Shown: positions 36,126 to 45,304 of the stretch, piece by piece | How the letters are laid out: each line of letters opens with the position of its first letter | Position numbering within the stretch: the first letter of the stretch is position 1 | Sequence record: MW272540.1 | DNA length: 64,000 bases | Reading direction: 5' to 3' (one strand) | The notes under the pieces: model-generated | What the model was told of the DNA's origin: nothing | Seen by the model: only the letters and a program-made list of their open reading frames with translations | Database searches by the model: none | Made by a program: the position numbers and the translations under genes

Positions 36126-37150
36126 TAGCTTGCTTCCGTATAAAGAGAACTGGCAAGTTTTTGTGTCAATAATTTGTGTTCTTCGTCTAGGTCCATCTCT
36201 TCGATTGCTTCTCGGAAAAGTTGAAATACTTTTTTGACTTCGATTTCATCTCCTTCGTCGTCAGTTCCACCGACCTTAAAATCTTCAAGATTCTTTTGGG
36301 TTATGCGCTCACAAACCTTTTCCATCTCAGTCAGAAATTTATTGAGGTCTTTATCTTCTTTCTCAATAATCAACTGAACACATTTATTCTCAAATTTCGG
36401 AACATCCGTGAGATCTAAGTCGGAGTAATTTGCTTTAACATGCCACATATTTTTATTTGGGATAAATTCAACTTCTTCTGTGTCCGTATCAAACACATAG
36501 AATCCACGAATATCGTTACAATCGTTCATTGTAAGGGTGTATGGGCTACCCAAATATTGAACATTACCTTTCTTACTAGCGGTATGATAATGACCAGAAA
36601 AAGCGATTTTATAACCACTCAAAAAATCTTTATCTTCCCCACCCATAGACGGAATACCAGAATAAAAATCAAATCCCATCAGCTCCCAATGACCAATAGA
36701 ATATTCCGAATTACTTTCAGAGATAAACTTTCGGATCTGATCTTTATTCGATTTACATTCCCAAGGGATGATATCGAATAAAATAGAACCTAACGAAATA
36801 GTGGTTGGTTCATTATAAACCTTAAATAAAGGATCACTGAAAAAATTCTCATGAACTGAGTTTGGCATCACTTGGTTTTTAAAATGCATATCGTGATTAC
36901 CAACAAGAACATGGATCTTATCGAACACGGTTTCTAGATTTGGACGAACACTTTCCCGCATAAATCTAAGGGTTTCTTGTGTTACACCGGCTCGAACATC
37001 AAACCAGTCCCCAGACTGGATCATGACACTAATCCTATTTTTATCAGCATATTCGCACATCTGATTGATGAAATCAAGCTGAATATTCTGAACGTATTGA
37101 CTATCTTTTCCCTCTCCTAAATGGAGATCACCACACATAATAAATTTCAT
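36125..37150 (-). CDS. 47: recombination endonuclease nuclease subunit (Mre11/SbcD-like)
   Basis: GDLH, GDWFD, GNHD, GHWE, SGHYH. Confidence 0.96.
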   Translation of the reverse strand: MKFIMCGDLHLGEGKDSQYVQNIQLDFINQMCEYADKNRISVMIQSGDWFDVRAGVTQETLRFMRESVRPNLETVFDKIHVLVGNHDMHFKNQVMPNSVHENFFSDPLFKVYNEPTTISLGSILFDIIPWECKSNKDQIRKFISESNSEYSIGHWELMGFDFYSGIPSMGGEDKDFLSGYKIAFSGHYHTASKKGNVQYLGSPYTLTMNDCNDIRGFYVFDTDTEEVEFIPNKNMWHVKANYSDLDLTDVPKFENKCVQLIIEKEDKDLNKFLTEMEKVCERITQKNLEDFKVGGTDDEGDEIEVKKVFQLFREAIEEMDLDEEHKLLTQKLASSLYTEAS

Positions 37151-37164
37151 ATTTTACCTATATT

Positions 37165-37191
37165 AAAAAGCCCACCCTATGGGATGGGCTT
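37165..37191 (-). terminator. Rho-independent terminator
   Basis: AAGCCCATCCC-ATA-GGGTGGGCTTTTT on the minus strand. Confidence 0.75.
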
Positions 37192-37199
37192 GCGCTTCA

Positions 37200-37580
37200 T
37201 TAAATGTTACATACTGGGGTAGTTTTATCGGAAGTACGTGGAACCAAGAACGAATCTTGATCTTGTTTCGCAAACGCCTCTGCCAGAATAATATCGGTTC
37301 GTTCTTTCGAAGTCAACCACATAGCGTGTAGGGTTTCTTCGTCCAGTGGTTTTTGTTGACAAATAACACGAAGTTTGGTAATCGCGTATTTGTAACCTTC
37401 TTCATTACATGTTACCAGACAATCCCTAGCATGACTAGTGAGTCGAGAGATTTCTTTTTTGTTTTTATTGTAGTGTTTGGTAGCAAGTTTTTCAGCTTGT
37501 TGTTTTTGAAACTCGGTCAACTCAAACTGGCGTTGTTCTTCAAGCTCATCATTCATTTTCAATTCCTGTTGTTCAGTCAT
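37200..37580 (-). CDS. a-gt.4: a-gt.4-like conserved protein
   Basis: KLATKHYNKNKKEISRL..YKYAITKLR; position between 55 and 47. Confidence 0.7.
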   Translation of the reverse strand: MTEQQELKMNDELEEQRQFELTEFQKQQAEKLATKHYNKNKKEISRLTSHARDCLVTCNEEGYKYAITKLRVICQQKPLDEETLHAMWLTSKERTDIILAEAFAKQDQDSFLVPRTSDKTTPVCNI

Positions 37581-37797
37581 AATGTATATAATCTAACCTA
37601 TTGCTATTTTGATATGTAATTGTCTTAATTTTACCATACTTTAGATGTGGCTTTAAGTTTTTCGGGTTTTTATAATCGAAGTCGATAGGAAACCCGTTTG
37701 ACTTCATTTCAACCAATAAAATATATTCCAAGCCAGTCCAATCAAATCCACATGTTTCTAGCATGTCATAAAGATCAAGAGTTATCGATTTCATCAT
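37573..37797 (-). CDS. conserved hypothetical protein (a-gt.5 position)
   Basis: Start moved to MMKSI after GAGG; overlaps the end of 55. Confidence 0.55.
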   Translation of the reverse strand: MMKSITLDLYDMLETCGFDWTGLEYILLVEMKSNGFPIDFDYKNPKNLKPHLKYGKIKTITYQNSNRLDYIHYD

Positions 37798-38329
37798 CGG
37801 ATTCCTCTTCTTTATCATTTTCGTAATCGTACAGCCAATCTAATTTCCCTTCAACCTCTTCATCTTCTTCTTTGTCTTTTTTCTTTATTGACTCTTCATA
37901 AGAAGAAACCTTATTAACAAGGTCGAGATAGAAATCTGGATCAACCATTTCTGTCATATCACCATCTTCAGAATCATAAACACATTCAATGAAATATCGA
38001 TTTTTTGTCGCTTCTTTCTTTTTTTCTTTTCTGATTTCATCAAAGAAACATCTTGCCGCGATCATTGTAATATAAGAGTGTGCATTTTCATATTTTGTTT
38101 CATCGAACTTATGAATTTTTCTGATCAGGATTTCCAATGCTTCGGAAACCATATTTTCTTTCCATACATCGGTATATCTACGGAATCGATAATATTCGGT
38201 AAGTCCGTGGACGATGTTATATATCGCCAACCCTAAGCTATCTGACATTTTTTTGCTGGGGTCTTCTCTATCTTTTTTCCATTGCAAAATATCTGCAACT
38301 AGTTTTTTGTTGTCTACATATACGGTCAT
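37775..38329 (-). CDS. 55: late-transcription sigma factor
   Basis: YVDNKKL, IVHGL..YYRFRRYT, MVSEALE, NAHSYIT. Confidence 0.95.
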   Translation of the reverse strand: MTVYVDNKKLVADILQWKKDREDPSKKMSDSLGLAIYNIVHGLTEYYRFRRYTDVWKENMVSEALEILIRKIHKFDETKYENAHSYITMIAARCFFDEIRKEKKKEATKNRYFIECVYDSEDGDMTEMVDPDFYLDLVNKVSSYEESIKKKDKEEDEEVEGKLDWLYDYENDKEEESDDEIDNS

Positions 38330-38383
38330 TGTTCACCTCAATCTATATAACCCCATTATATCATAACGAGGTCACATACTGGA

Positions 38384-39832
38384 TTATCCCTTTCTTCTAT
38401 TATCGATCCATTCTCTGACAAGAATTATATCCTTTGGTTCCAAAATGGATAATTTACGACCTATTTGTTTTTGATAATAGGATAAAGCGGACTGTTCTTT
38501 TTTATCGAGAGAGAACATAGATTTGAAACTTTCTTTTCTAACCCTTGGAGTAGTTTCTTTCTTTCTTGGTTTTCTTTCTTTGATTGCGGTTATCATCAAA
38601 CTTTCGTCGATAATCGCATCTGGTAGGTACTTTGACTTAAGATAATCAGCGACTCTCATATCTGGCACAATCAACCGGACCGGTGCCATACTTTTATTGT
38701 CTCGGATCTCTGTTCGCAAACACAGCTGAAACGCAGGTTCTAGGTACTTTGATACCAGAAATGCATCCGTCAAACTGTCTACGTCCAACCCTTGGTTATA
38801 GCTAAGTGATCTCAATAGCTCCAATTGCCAAGGGCTTGGGTTGTATGAGAACAACGCAACGGCGGTACTAAAGTTCATATAGCTGTTCATACCATGTGGG
38901 TTATATGGTATCTTTGTTCCACCATTAAGGGGACCACGATATGAATTTGTCGTATATATATAATTAACAGGGCCAACGACGTTGTAAACAAGATCTTTCA
39001 CTTTGTTGTATACCGTTTCTCCCCCAATTTCTATATCCGAAGCATATCTAGACCAGTTACCATCATACACAGGAATTATTTCTATTCGATGTGTATTCCG
39101 ATAATTACGAAAATCAAGATTATTGACCAATGGACTTTCTATGAACTTCCAATTTGAATACTCTTTAAGAACAACCCCGGTAAACGTCTCTTGAAAATTA
39201 GCACAAGCAATTGTAATTTTTTTAAACAACCCCCAATTTTGGGTGCTCATATCCTCAACGAAATAAGCGCAATTGTCTTTTACAATTACCGGGATATCAA
39301 CAAGAAGTGCCTTAACCAAAGGGAATACGCTATTAGATACAACGTCTAGATTATGCAATCCATCCATTGCGATATCTTCTAGCGTTTTTCTATGTTCCTC
39401 TATAATGGTCATTCTTCCGTTTGGTGCGATATTACAATATCGCGATACCACATCAATATTAGTTTTAAACTGAACTTGACGAAGATCTACCATATCAGGT
39501 ACTTCATCAATATACAATTCGTGCCCCTCGAACATTTCGAAATATGGAAAGTTCATTAGTGCTGAGTGTGTAATAAAAATAACTCGATAATTTCCAATCG
39601 ACTCTTTGATCGATTCAAAAACAGATGCACGTTTTTTAATATTGTCTGTATCAAGAATAATAGCATCACCATAACCCAAAGTCATGGTGAAAAAATCATA
39701 TGATTGTTTTGATAACTGACAAGAGATAGAAGCAATGATAGTTGGTTTCTTGCTTCTACCTACGTGCTTCAAGATTGCTTTCGTTTTACCACTACCGGGG
39801 ACTGAGGTTAGAATCTCAACCGTTAATCCCAT
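38384..39832 (-). CDS. putative superfamily-2-like helicase/NTPase
   Basis: Walker A VPGSGKT at the N-terminus, FITH, Walker B LYIDEVP; basic C-terminal tail. Confidence 0.7.
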   Translation of the reverse strand: MGLTVEILTSVPGSGKTKAILKHVGRSKKPTIIASISCQLSKQSYDFFTMTLGYGDAIILDTDNIKKRASVFESIKESIGNYRVIFITHSALMNFPYFEMFEGHELYIDEVPDMVDLRQVQFKTNIDVVSRYCNIAPNGRMTIIEEHRKTLEDIAMDGLHNLDVVSNSVFPLVKALLVDIPVIVKDNCAYFVEDMSTQNWGLFKKITIACANFQETFTGVVLKEYSNWKFIESPLVNNLDFRNYRNTHRIEIIPVYDGNWSRYASDIEIGGETVYNKVKDLVYNVVGPVNYIYTTNSYRGPLNGGTKIPYNPHGMNSYMNFSTAVALFSYNPSPWQLELLRSLSYNQGLDVDSLTDAFLVSKYLEPAFQLCLRTEIRDNKSMAPVRLIVPDMRVADYLKSKYLPDAIIDESLMITAIKERKPRKKETTPRVRKESFKSMFSLDKKEQSALSYYQKQIGRKLSILEPKDIILVREWIDNRRKG

Positions 39833-40088
39833 TATCTACCCCAAAAATTGACGCATCATGACATTCAAGAATATACCCAACTGCGATTTCACGCAACTTA
39901 AGTTTATGGATATCCCCAATATGGCTAGTTACCTTTGCCATAGAGTCAACAATGATATCAAGGAATTTTGGGGTGACAATCTGATTATTATCTACCCTTG
40001 TTTGTACGCTATCCAGAATATGTTTTTTACATAGGTTCTGAATACTAATATAATTATCACGAGTTAGTTTCATTTTCATATTTCCCAT
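39816..40088 (-). CDS. hypothetical protein
   Basis: 90-aa ORF with overlapping junctions. Confidence 0.6.
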   Translation of the reverse strand: MGNMKMKLTRDNYISIQNLCKKHILDSVQTRVDNNQIVTPKFLDIIVDSMAKVTSHIGDIHKLKLREIAVGYILECHDASIFGVDNGING

Positions 40089-40653
40089 TTTTCATATTCT
40101 TTTCTACTAGATTCCAATATCGATAACCTAGTTTTCGAAGAGACTTATTATAATCTTCTTCGGTACACTTATTTCCATGTAACCGTTTTGCGTCCTTTAT
40201 CAGACGAATTTGAAAATCAGTAGTCGTTCGACACTCTATATACATCAACCCAGCAAAGCTAGGGATATCTTCAACTGTCAATAAACCATGAGGAACAATA
40301 TACCAGAAGTAATTTAAAAGTCTACCCTTTTCTAATGCTTCATACTTGGTCATTTCTTCGTAGATATAACCACGTTTTCCGTCCGGTTTTGGTGTTCGAA
40401 AACTAACCATTTTCTTAGCATCGTTCTTGAAATCGGCCCGACTTATTTTAATTTCAAACTCATCTCGGAATCCACTCTTTCTAAAAGCCAATAAGTCGGC
40501 TTCTAGGTCAGAAGTATAATAACAATTTGGAACTATTAGATCATATTTCTTCTGCATTGGGTAGTATGTTCCAAATGCACCACAAATCATAGATTCCGTT
40601 AACTTAGATTCTATTTCCGTATAGATCTCTTTTCTCTTTTTAATTATCGCCAT
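40057..40653 (-). CDS. MmcB-like PD-(D/E)xK nuclease
   Basis: EADLL..DEFEIKISRADFKND..NYFWYIVP..FAGLM. Confidence 0.7.
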   Translation of the reverse strand: MAIIKKRKEIYTEIESKLTESMICGAFGTYYPMQKKYDLIVPNCYYTSDLEADLLAFRKSGFRDEFEIKISRADFKNDAKKMVSFRTPKPDGKRGYIYEEMTKYEALEKGRLLNYFWYIVPHGLLTVEDIPSFAGLMYIECRTTTDFQIRLIKDAKRLHGNKCTEEDYNKSLRKLGYRYWNLVEKNMKNGKYENETNS

Positions 40654-40921
40654 ACAGTTCCTTAAATTGTTTTATTGATCCAATATAAGAACCATTTACA
40701 AATATTCTTGGAAAAGATGTTGGTCGATATGGTAATTTTGCTCTGTTTTTACATTCATCAAATTTATCCAATATATAATCAAAACCAATCGGATTATCTG
40801 ACTTTTTAAGAACGGGTATCAGTTCATACTGATACCCCTTTTCGATACAGAGTCTAATAGTGTCAATACAACCAGCACAATTTGCAACTTCTGGTGGTAT
40901 ACCATAGATCTCTACTTTCAT
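40640..40921 (-). CDS. nrdH: glutaredoxin (NrdH-like)
   Basis: KVEIYGIPPEVANCAGC, FPRIF; start moved to 40921. Confidence 0.8.
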   Translation of the reverse strand: MKVEIYGIPPEVANCAGCIDTIRLCIEKGYQYELIPVLKKSDNPIGFDYILDKFDECKNRAKLPYRPTSFPRIFVNGSYIGSIKQFKELYGDN

Positions 40922-41145
40922 AACTCTCCCCTCATAGCGAACCCCTTTTGTAAGGTCCCCCACCAAGATTCGAGTTTATCCCTTTCTTCAGATTCACCGG
41001 GATAATTTTCTTTATGGAAATCTATAATAGCCCGAAGTGTATTAAGATCTAACAAAGTAAATTTACGACCGTAGAAGTGACAATAGACAACATCGTAACT
41101 CAATCGGTCATAGTTAAATTTAGGAAGAGTAATTTCGGAATTCAT
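40918..41145 (-). CDS. hypothetical protein
   Basis: Start moved to MNSEI (41145). Confidence 0.55.
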   Translation of the reverse strand: MNSEITLPKFNYDRLSYDVVYCHFYGRKFTLLDLNTLRAIIDFHKENYPGESEERDKLESWWGTLQKGFAMRGEL

Positions 41146-41389
41146 CAAAGCCTCCGATAAGAGTTTCACCATCAAAAATTTGAGGCATAGTAAACCCAGT
41201 AAGCTCCAAACCAAGAGATTTACGACGCTCACCCAGCTCTTTTTTATTAGTTCTGGAAATCTCAGAAGTCCCTTCTTTCAGAATAGGTTTAAATTCAAAC
41301 TCAATACCGCGAGATTCCGCCAACATCTTGGCTTTAATGCATGGTTTGCATTTATAATTATCTGGGTCAAAACCATAAATCGTAATCAT
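41120..41389 (-). CDS. nrdC: thioredoxin/glutaredoxin
   Basis: IYGFD..CKPC, TMPQIF, IGGFD. Confidence 0.9.
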   Translation of the reverse strand: MITIYGFDPDNYKCKPCIKAKMLAESRGIEFEFKPILKEGTSEISRTNKKELGERRKSLGLELTGFTMPQIFDGETLIGGFDEFRNYSS

Positions 41390-41772
41390 TTATTTTTTCC
41401 TTTTTGTTTTGGGTAAATCGATTCTGTAAATGTACGAGTAATAACGTCTTGTTGTTGCTCTCGGGTCAATGCATTAAATCGAACAGCATAACCAGAAACT
41501 CGAATAGTAAGTTGTGGATATTTTTCTGGATTTTGAATAGCATCTTCCAGTGTTTCTTTGTTAAGAACATTAACGTTTAGGTGTTGACCACCTTCAATTA
41601 CCGGGATGTGTTCCACATCAATTTCAACCAACAATTCTGCGGCATGTTTCTTAAATTCAACCACATCAAAAGATTGACCTTCTAGAGAGGGATTTTTCGC
41701 TACAGCAACTACACCGGTTACATCATCTTCAGTTAGAACAATAAATTCTTTATTGTACATGTAAGCTTTCAT
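41386..41772 (-). CDS. grcA: autonomous glycyl radical cofactor (GrcA / T4 Vs.6)
   Basis: [26 protein letters not shown]. Confidence 0.95.
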   Translation of the reverse strand: MKAYMYNKEFIVLTEDDVTGVVAVAKNPSLEGQSFDVVEFKKHAAELLVEIDVEHIPVIEGGQHLNVNVLNKETLEDAIQNPEKYPQLTIRVSGYAVRFNALTREQQQDVITRTFTESIYPKQKGKNK

Positions 41773-42242
41773 TTTAATTCCTTCAAATTGTAAATATTTT
41801 GGTTTGACGAACCCTTCCAAATCAAATTAGGATCTTTTAGTTCTTCTTCAAATCGACCATCGACCAAGACATCTATGTATTTCATTATACCACACATGGA
41901 CACATCTTTTGAAATCTCATCGAGGGTATAACCAGTCCACAACCAAATTGTTTTATTTGGGTACTTGTCTTTAAACCAAACAACAAACCGCAACACACCA
42001 CCACGGTTTTTGTGGAATAACGGGTCCCCACCAAGCAAGGATATACCATCTCGGTTAATCAATGAGTCTTCCATATCTTTTTCAACAAGTTTATAGATAT
42101 CCATATCCGACCCGTTATCATAATTCCAAGTGTGCTTAGAAAAACAACCCTTACACATATGATCACACCCAGAAAACCAAATGGAGGAACGAGTCCCCCA
42201 TCCATTTACTACATCTAAACTTTTATAATCCGCAATTTTCAT
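41769..42242 (-). CDS. nrdG: anaerobic RNR activase (radical SAM)
   Basis: [25 protein letters not shown]. Confidence 0.95.
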   Translation of the reverse strand: MKIADYKSLDVVNGWGTRSSIWFSGCDHMCKGCFSKHTWNYDNGSDMDIYKLVEKDMEDSLINRDGISLLGGDPLFHKNRGGVLRFVVWFKDKYPNKTIWLWTGYTLDEISKDVSMCGIMKYIDVLVDGRFEEELKDPNLIWKGSSNQNIYNLKELK

Positions 42243-44081
42243 AGATGTTTTACCCTTCTCACCGATTCGTTATGTTTTCCATCGTTGAATGGTCTTTTTT
42301 CCACATCACCCAAATATCCACAAACCCGGCGACGAACGTCTAATTTATCACCATCGTGGTTCCCACAAGAAGGACACACATAACCTTTTGATGTCGGGTT
42401 CATCTCACCTTTATACCCACAATCAAAACACTGGTCGATTGGTGTATTTGTTCCATAATATGGAGTATGTTTATATGCAAAATCCCATACATCTTCTAGA
42501 GCTTTGAGATTATTTCTCATATTAGGGAATTCCCCATAAGAAATAAAACCACCTTTGGAGAAGGTAATAAAGTCTCGCTCAAACAAGATCTTATGATATG
42601 GATCTGTTTTATGCTCAACATCAAGGTGGAAAGAGTTGGTGTAATATCCTTTGTCATGGACTGAATGAATGTGATGTTTCTTATCCAATTTGACAAATCT
42701 TTCACACAGAGACTCACTAGGAGTACCGTACAAAGAGAATGCAAATCCGGTTTCTTTAGTCCATTCGTCTGTAATGTACTTCATTTTTCGTAAAACAGCA
42801 AGACAAAACTCTTGTTTTTCCTTGTTGTTAAAGATATGTGACGGATCGTTAAAATTAATGATCTCACTTACCTCATGTAGTCCGATATAACCACAAGACA
42901 CACTAGCTCTACCATTCTCAAACAGATGAAACACATCATCATCAGCGTTTAAACGAGCCACAGCCCCGTTCATGTACAGGATGGGGGCAACTGATGCCTT
43001 AACGCCTTTGAATCGCTCTATGCGAGAAATAAGTGCCTTCTTGACGATTTCCATCCGGTCGGAAAGACACGCCATGAATTTTTCTTTATCACCACCAACA
43101 TCAAGGGCAATTCTCGGTAGGTTTAGGGTAACAACCCCGGCGTTAAATCGTCCATCGTGTACCTCTTCACCAGCTTCATTTTTCCATGGGTTAAGGAAAG
43201 AACGACAACCCATCGGCGCTTTAAAACTGCCAGTAACTTGGACAACTTGGTCATAACTAACTATATCAGGATACATACGCTCGGATGAACATTTTAAAGC
43301 CAGTTGCTTAATGTCATAGAACGGATCTGACGATTTGAGATTATGACCATCTTTGAGAATAAAAATCAGTTTCGGGAATACCGGCGTTTCATGGTCATCA
43401 CCAAGACCATCCATACGAACACGAAGAATCATCTCTTGGATCAGTTTCGCCTCTGGTGAAGTCCCCAGACCAAAAGACAATGTGGTAAATGGGGTTTGAC
43501 CTTGTGACGTACTCAATGAGTTAATTTGGTACTCGATGGTTTGCATAGAGTCATATACGATTTTACGTAGAGTATTTTCGACGTATTCTTTTTTATTCGG
43601 GATTTTATAATGGATTGCTTCAGCACATAGACGGTTATAATCCATCTTAACGTACTCTTCCAATACCAAATCGATATTGGCAATTGTATTACCACCATAA
43701 ATGTGATTAGCAACTTGAGTGATAATCTGGGTAATAATATTTGCAGCAGTTTTAACGTTTTTTTGGTTTGCTAATTTTCGCATTAGACAAAGTGAATCCA
43801 TGATCGAACATGTCTTTGACATTAATCAACATACAATTAAAAAACGGGAGAAGTGGACTATAACCAAGATCGTGGAAATGGATAATACCATCTCGGTGCG
43901 CGTCCAAAATATCAGGGGATAAAAAAGTGCTTGCATATGCTTTGCTTACAGCACTAGCCAACGCATCTCGTTTTGTGGGGAAGATCTTCAGATCCTTATT
44001 AGCATTCTCTTTTGTTAATTCTGGGTCGGAATCACCAACAATGCTCATTACTTCTTTATAAAGATTCATATTACTTACCAT
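42239..44081 (-). CDS. nrdD: anaerobic ribonucleotide reductase, frameshifted in an A7 run at 43758-43764
   Basis: The N-part (ENANKD, HFHDL, NCML) and C-part (YGG, QTPF, FPKL, MGCRS, RRVCGYL) join as ...KPKNVKTAA... if one A is removed. Confidence 0.9.
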
Positions 44082-44131
44082 TTCAGTTTCTCCAAAGAAG
44101 AAAAGGAACCAAAATAGGTTCCTTTTCAATT

Positions 44132-45262
44132 TTATTCAAAGTCTAGGGTGGACAAAATTTCTGGTGTTAAGTCTGACTCTACAGCGGAGGTTAGATATGA
44201 ACTGATTTCAACCTCTTGCGGAGCCACCTGCACAGTTTCAGAATTAAGCCATTTAGTTACCCATGGGAGCGGATTCTTTCGCTTCTGGAAAGAACTAGGA
44301 AGACCGGCAGAACGCATACGGTTATCTGCGAGATATTCCACATACTCACAAAGTATACGAGTATTTAGCCCATTTAGAGACTTATCACCAAACAAATATT
44401 CTGCCCATTCCTTTTCTTGGGCTACAACTTCTTCGAAGATCTTTACTGCTTTATTTTCAAGTCTTTTCGCGATTTCAGCAAATTCAGGATCATCTTTCCC
44501 AGATTGCCATTGATTTAGAATTGTTTGGGTTGCCTTCAAATGAAGATTTTCATCTCGGGCAATAAATTTCATGATTTTTGCACTACCTTCCATTAGCCCG
44601 TTTTCGGCAAATGAAAAGTTACAAATAAAGCTCACATAGAAGCGGATAGCTTCAAGAGCATTGATAGTATGGACACAAAGATAAAGTGCTTCTTTGAGTT
44701 TTGTACGTTGTGCATTGATAATCGATTCATCCAAACCGATATATTGCATCGCCTCATACTTTTTGGTTTCCTCTAAAACAGAATCATAATATTTTGTAAT
44801 TGATTCCGCTCGTTTGATAATTTGGGGGGTTAACATTACCTGATCGAATACTTCAGTCGGGTTTGGATACACCGCCCGGATCATATGTGTATAAGAATCA
44901 GAGTGGATACATCCCTCAGTCATAGTCCACGCGGTGATGAAGTTTTCAAGAGTTACATCACTTACATGGGGAAGAAGTACCAAGTTCGGACCTCGACCTT
45001 GAATTGAGTCAAGGAGAGATTGAACAAATAGGTTTTGTGTATATACGTGTTTGGCATGTTCACTTAGTTTTGGAAATTGAATACCGTCGTTAGACATATC
45101 AACTTCCGTTGGTCGCCAGAAAAAAGACATTTGACGATCCATAAGGTCATAAAATTTTCGATGTTTCATAGTGTCGAAACGTTGTACGTTCGGTTCTTCA
45201 CCAAAAAACATATATTGGTTTGTGTGATCTACAATATTACGGTTAAAGACAGTGGAACTCAT
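44132..45262 (-). CDS. nrdB: aerobic ribonucleotide reductase beta subunit
   Basis: FFWRPTEVD, DSIQGR, IHSDSY, EAIRFY, RDENLH, APQEVEISSY; no intron. Confidence 0.97.
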   Translation of the reverse strand: MSSTVFNRNIVDHTNQYMFFGEEPNVQRFDTMKHRKFYDLMDRQMSFFWRPTEVDMSNDGIQFPKLSEHAKHVYTQNLFVQSLLDSIQGRGPNLVLLPHVSDVTLENFITAWTMTEGCIHSDSYTHMIRAVYPNPTEVFDQVMLTPQIIKRAESITKYYDSVLEETKKYEAMQYIGLDESIINAQRTKLKEALYLCVHTINALEAIRFYVSFICNFSFAENGLMEGSAKIMKFIARDENLHLKATQTILNQWQSGKDDPEFAEIAKRLENKAVKIFEEVVAQEKEWAEYLFGDKSLNGLNTRILCEYVEYLADNRMRSAGLPSSFQKRKNPLPWVTKWLNSETVQVAPQEVEISSYLTSAVESDLTPEILSTLDFE

Positions 45263-45304
45263 TACAAAATCCTAGATGAGTGGGGGTTTCCCCCCACAGG
45301 TTAA

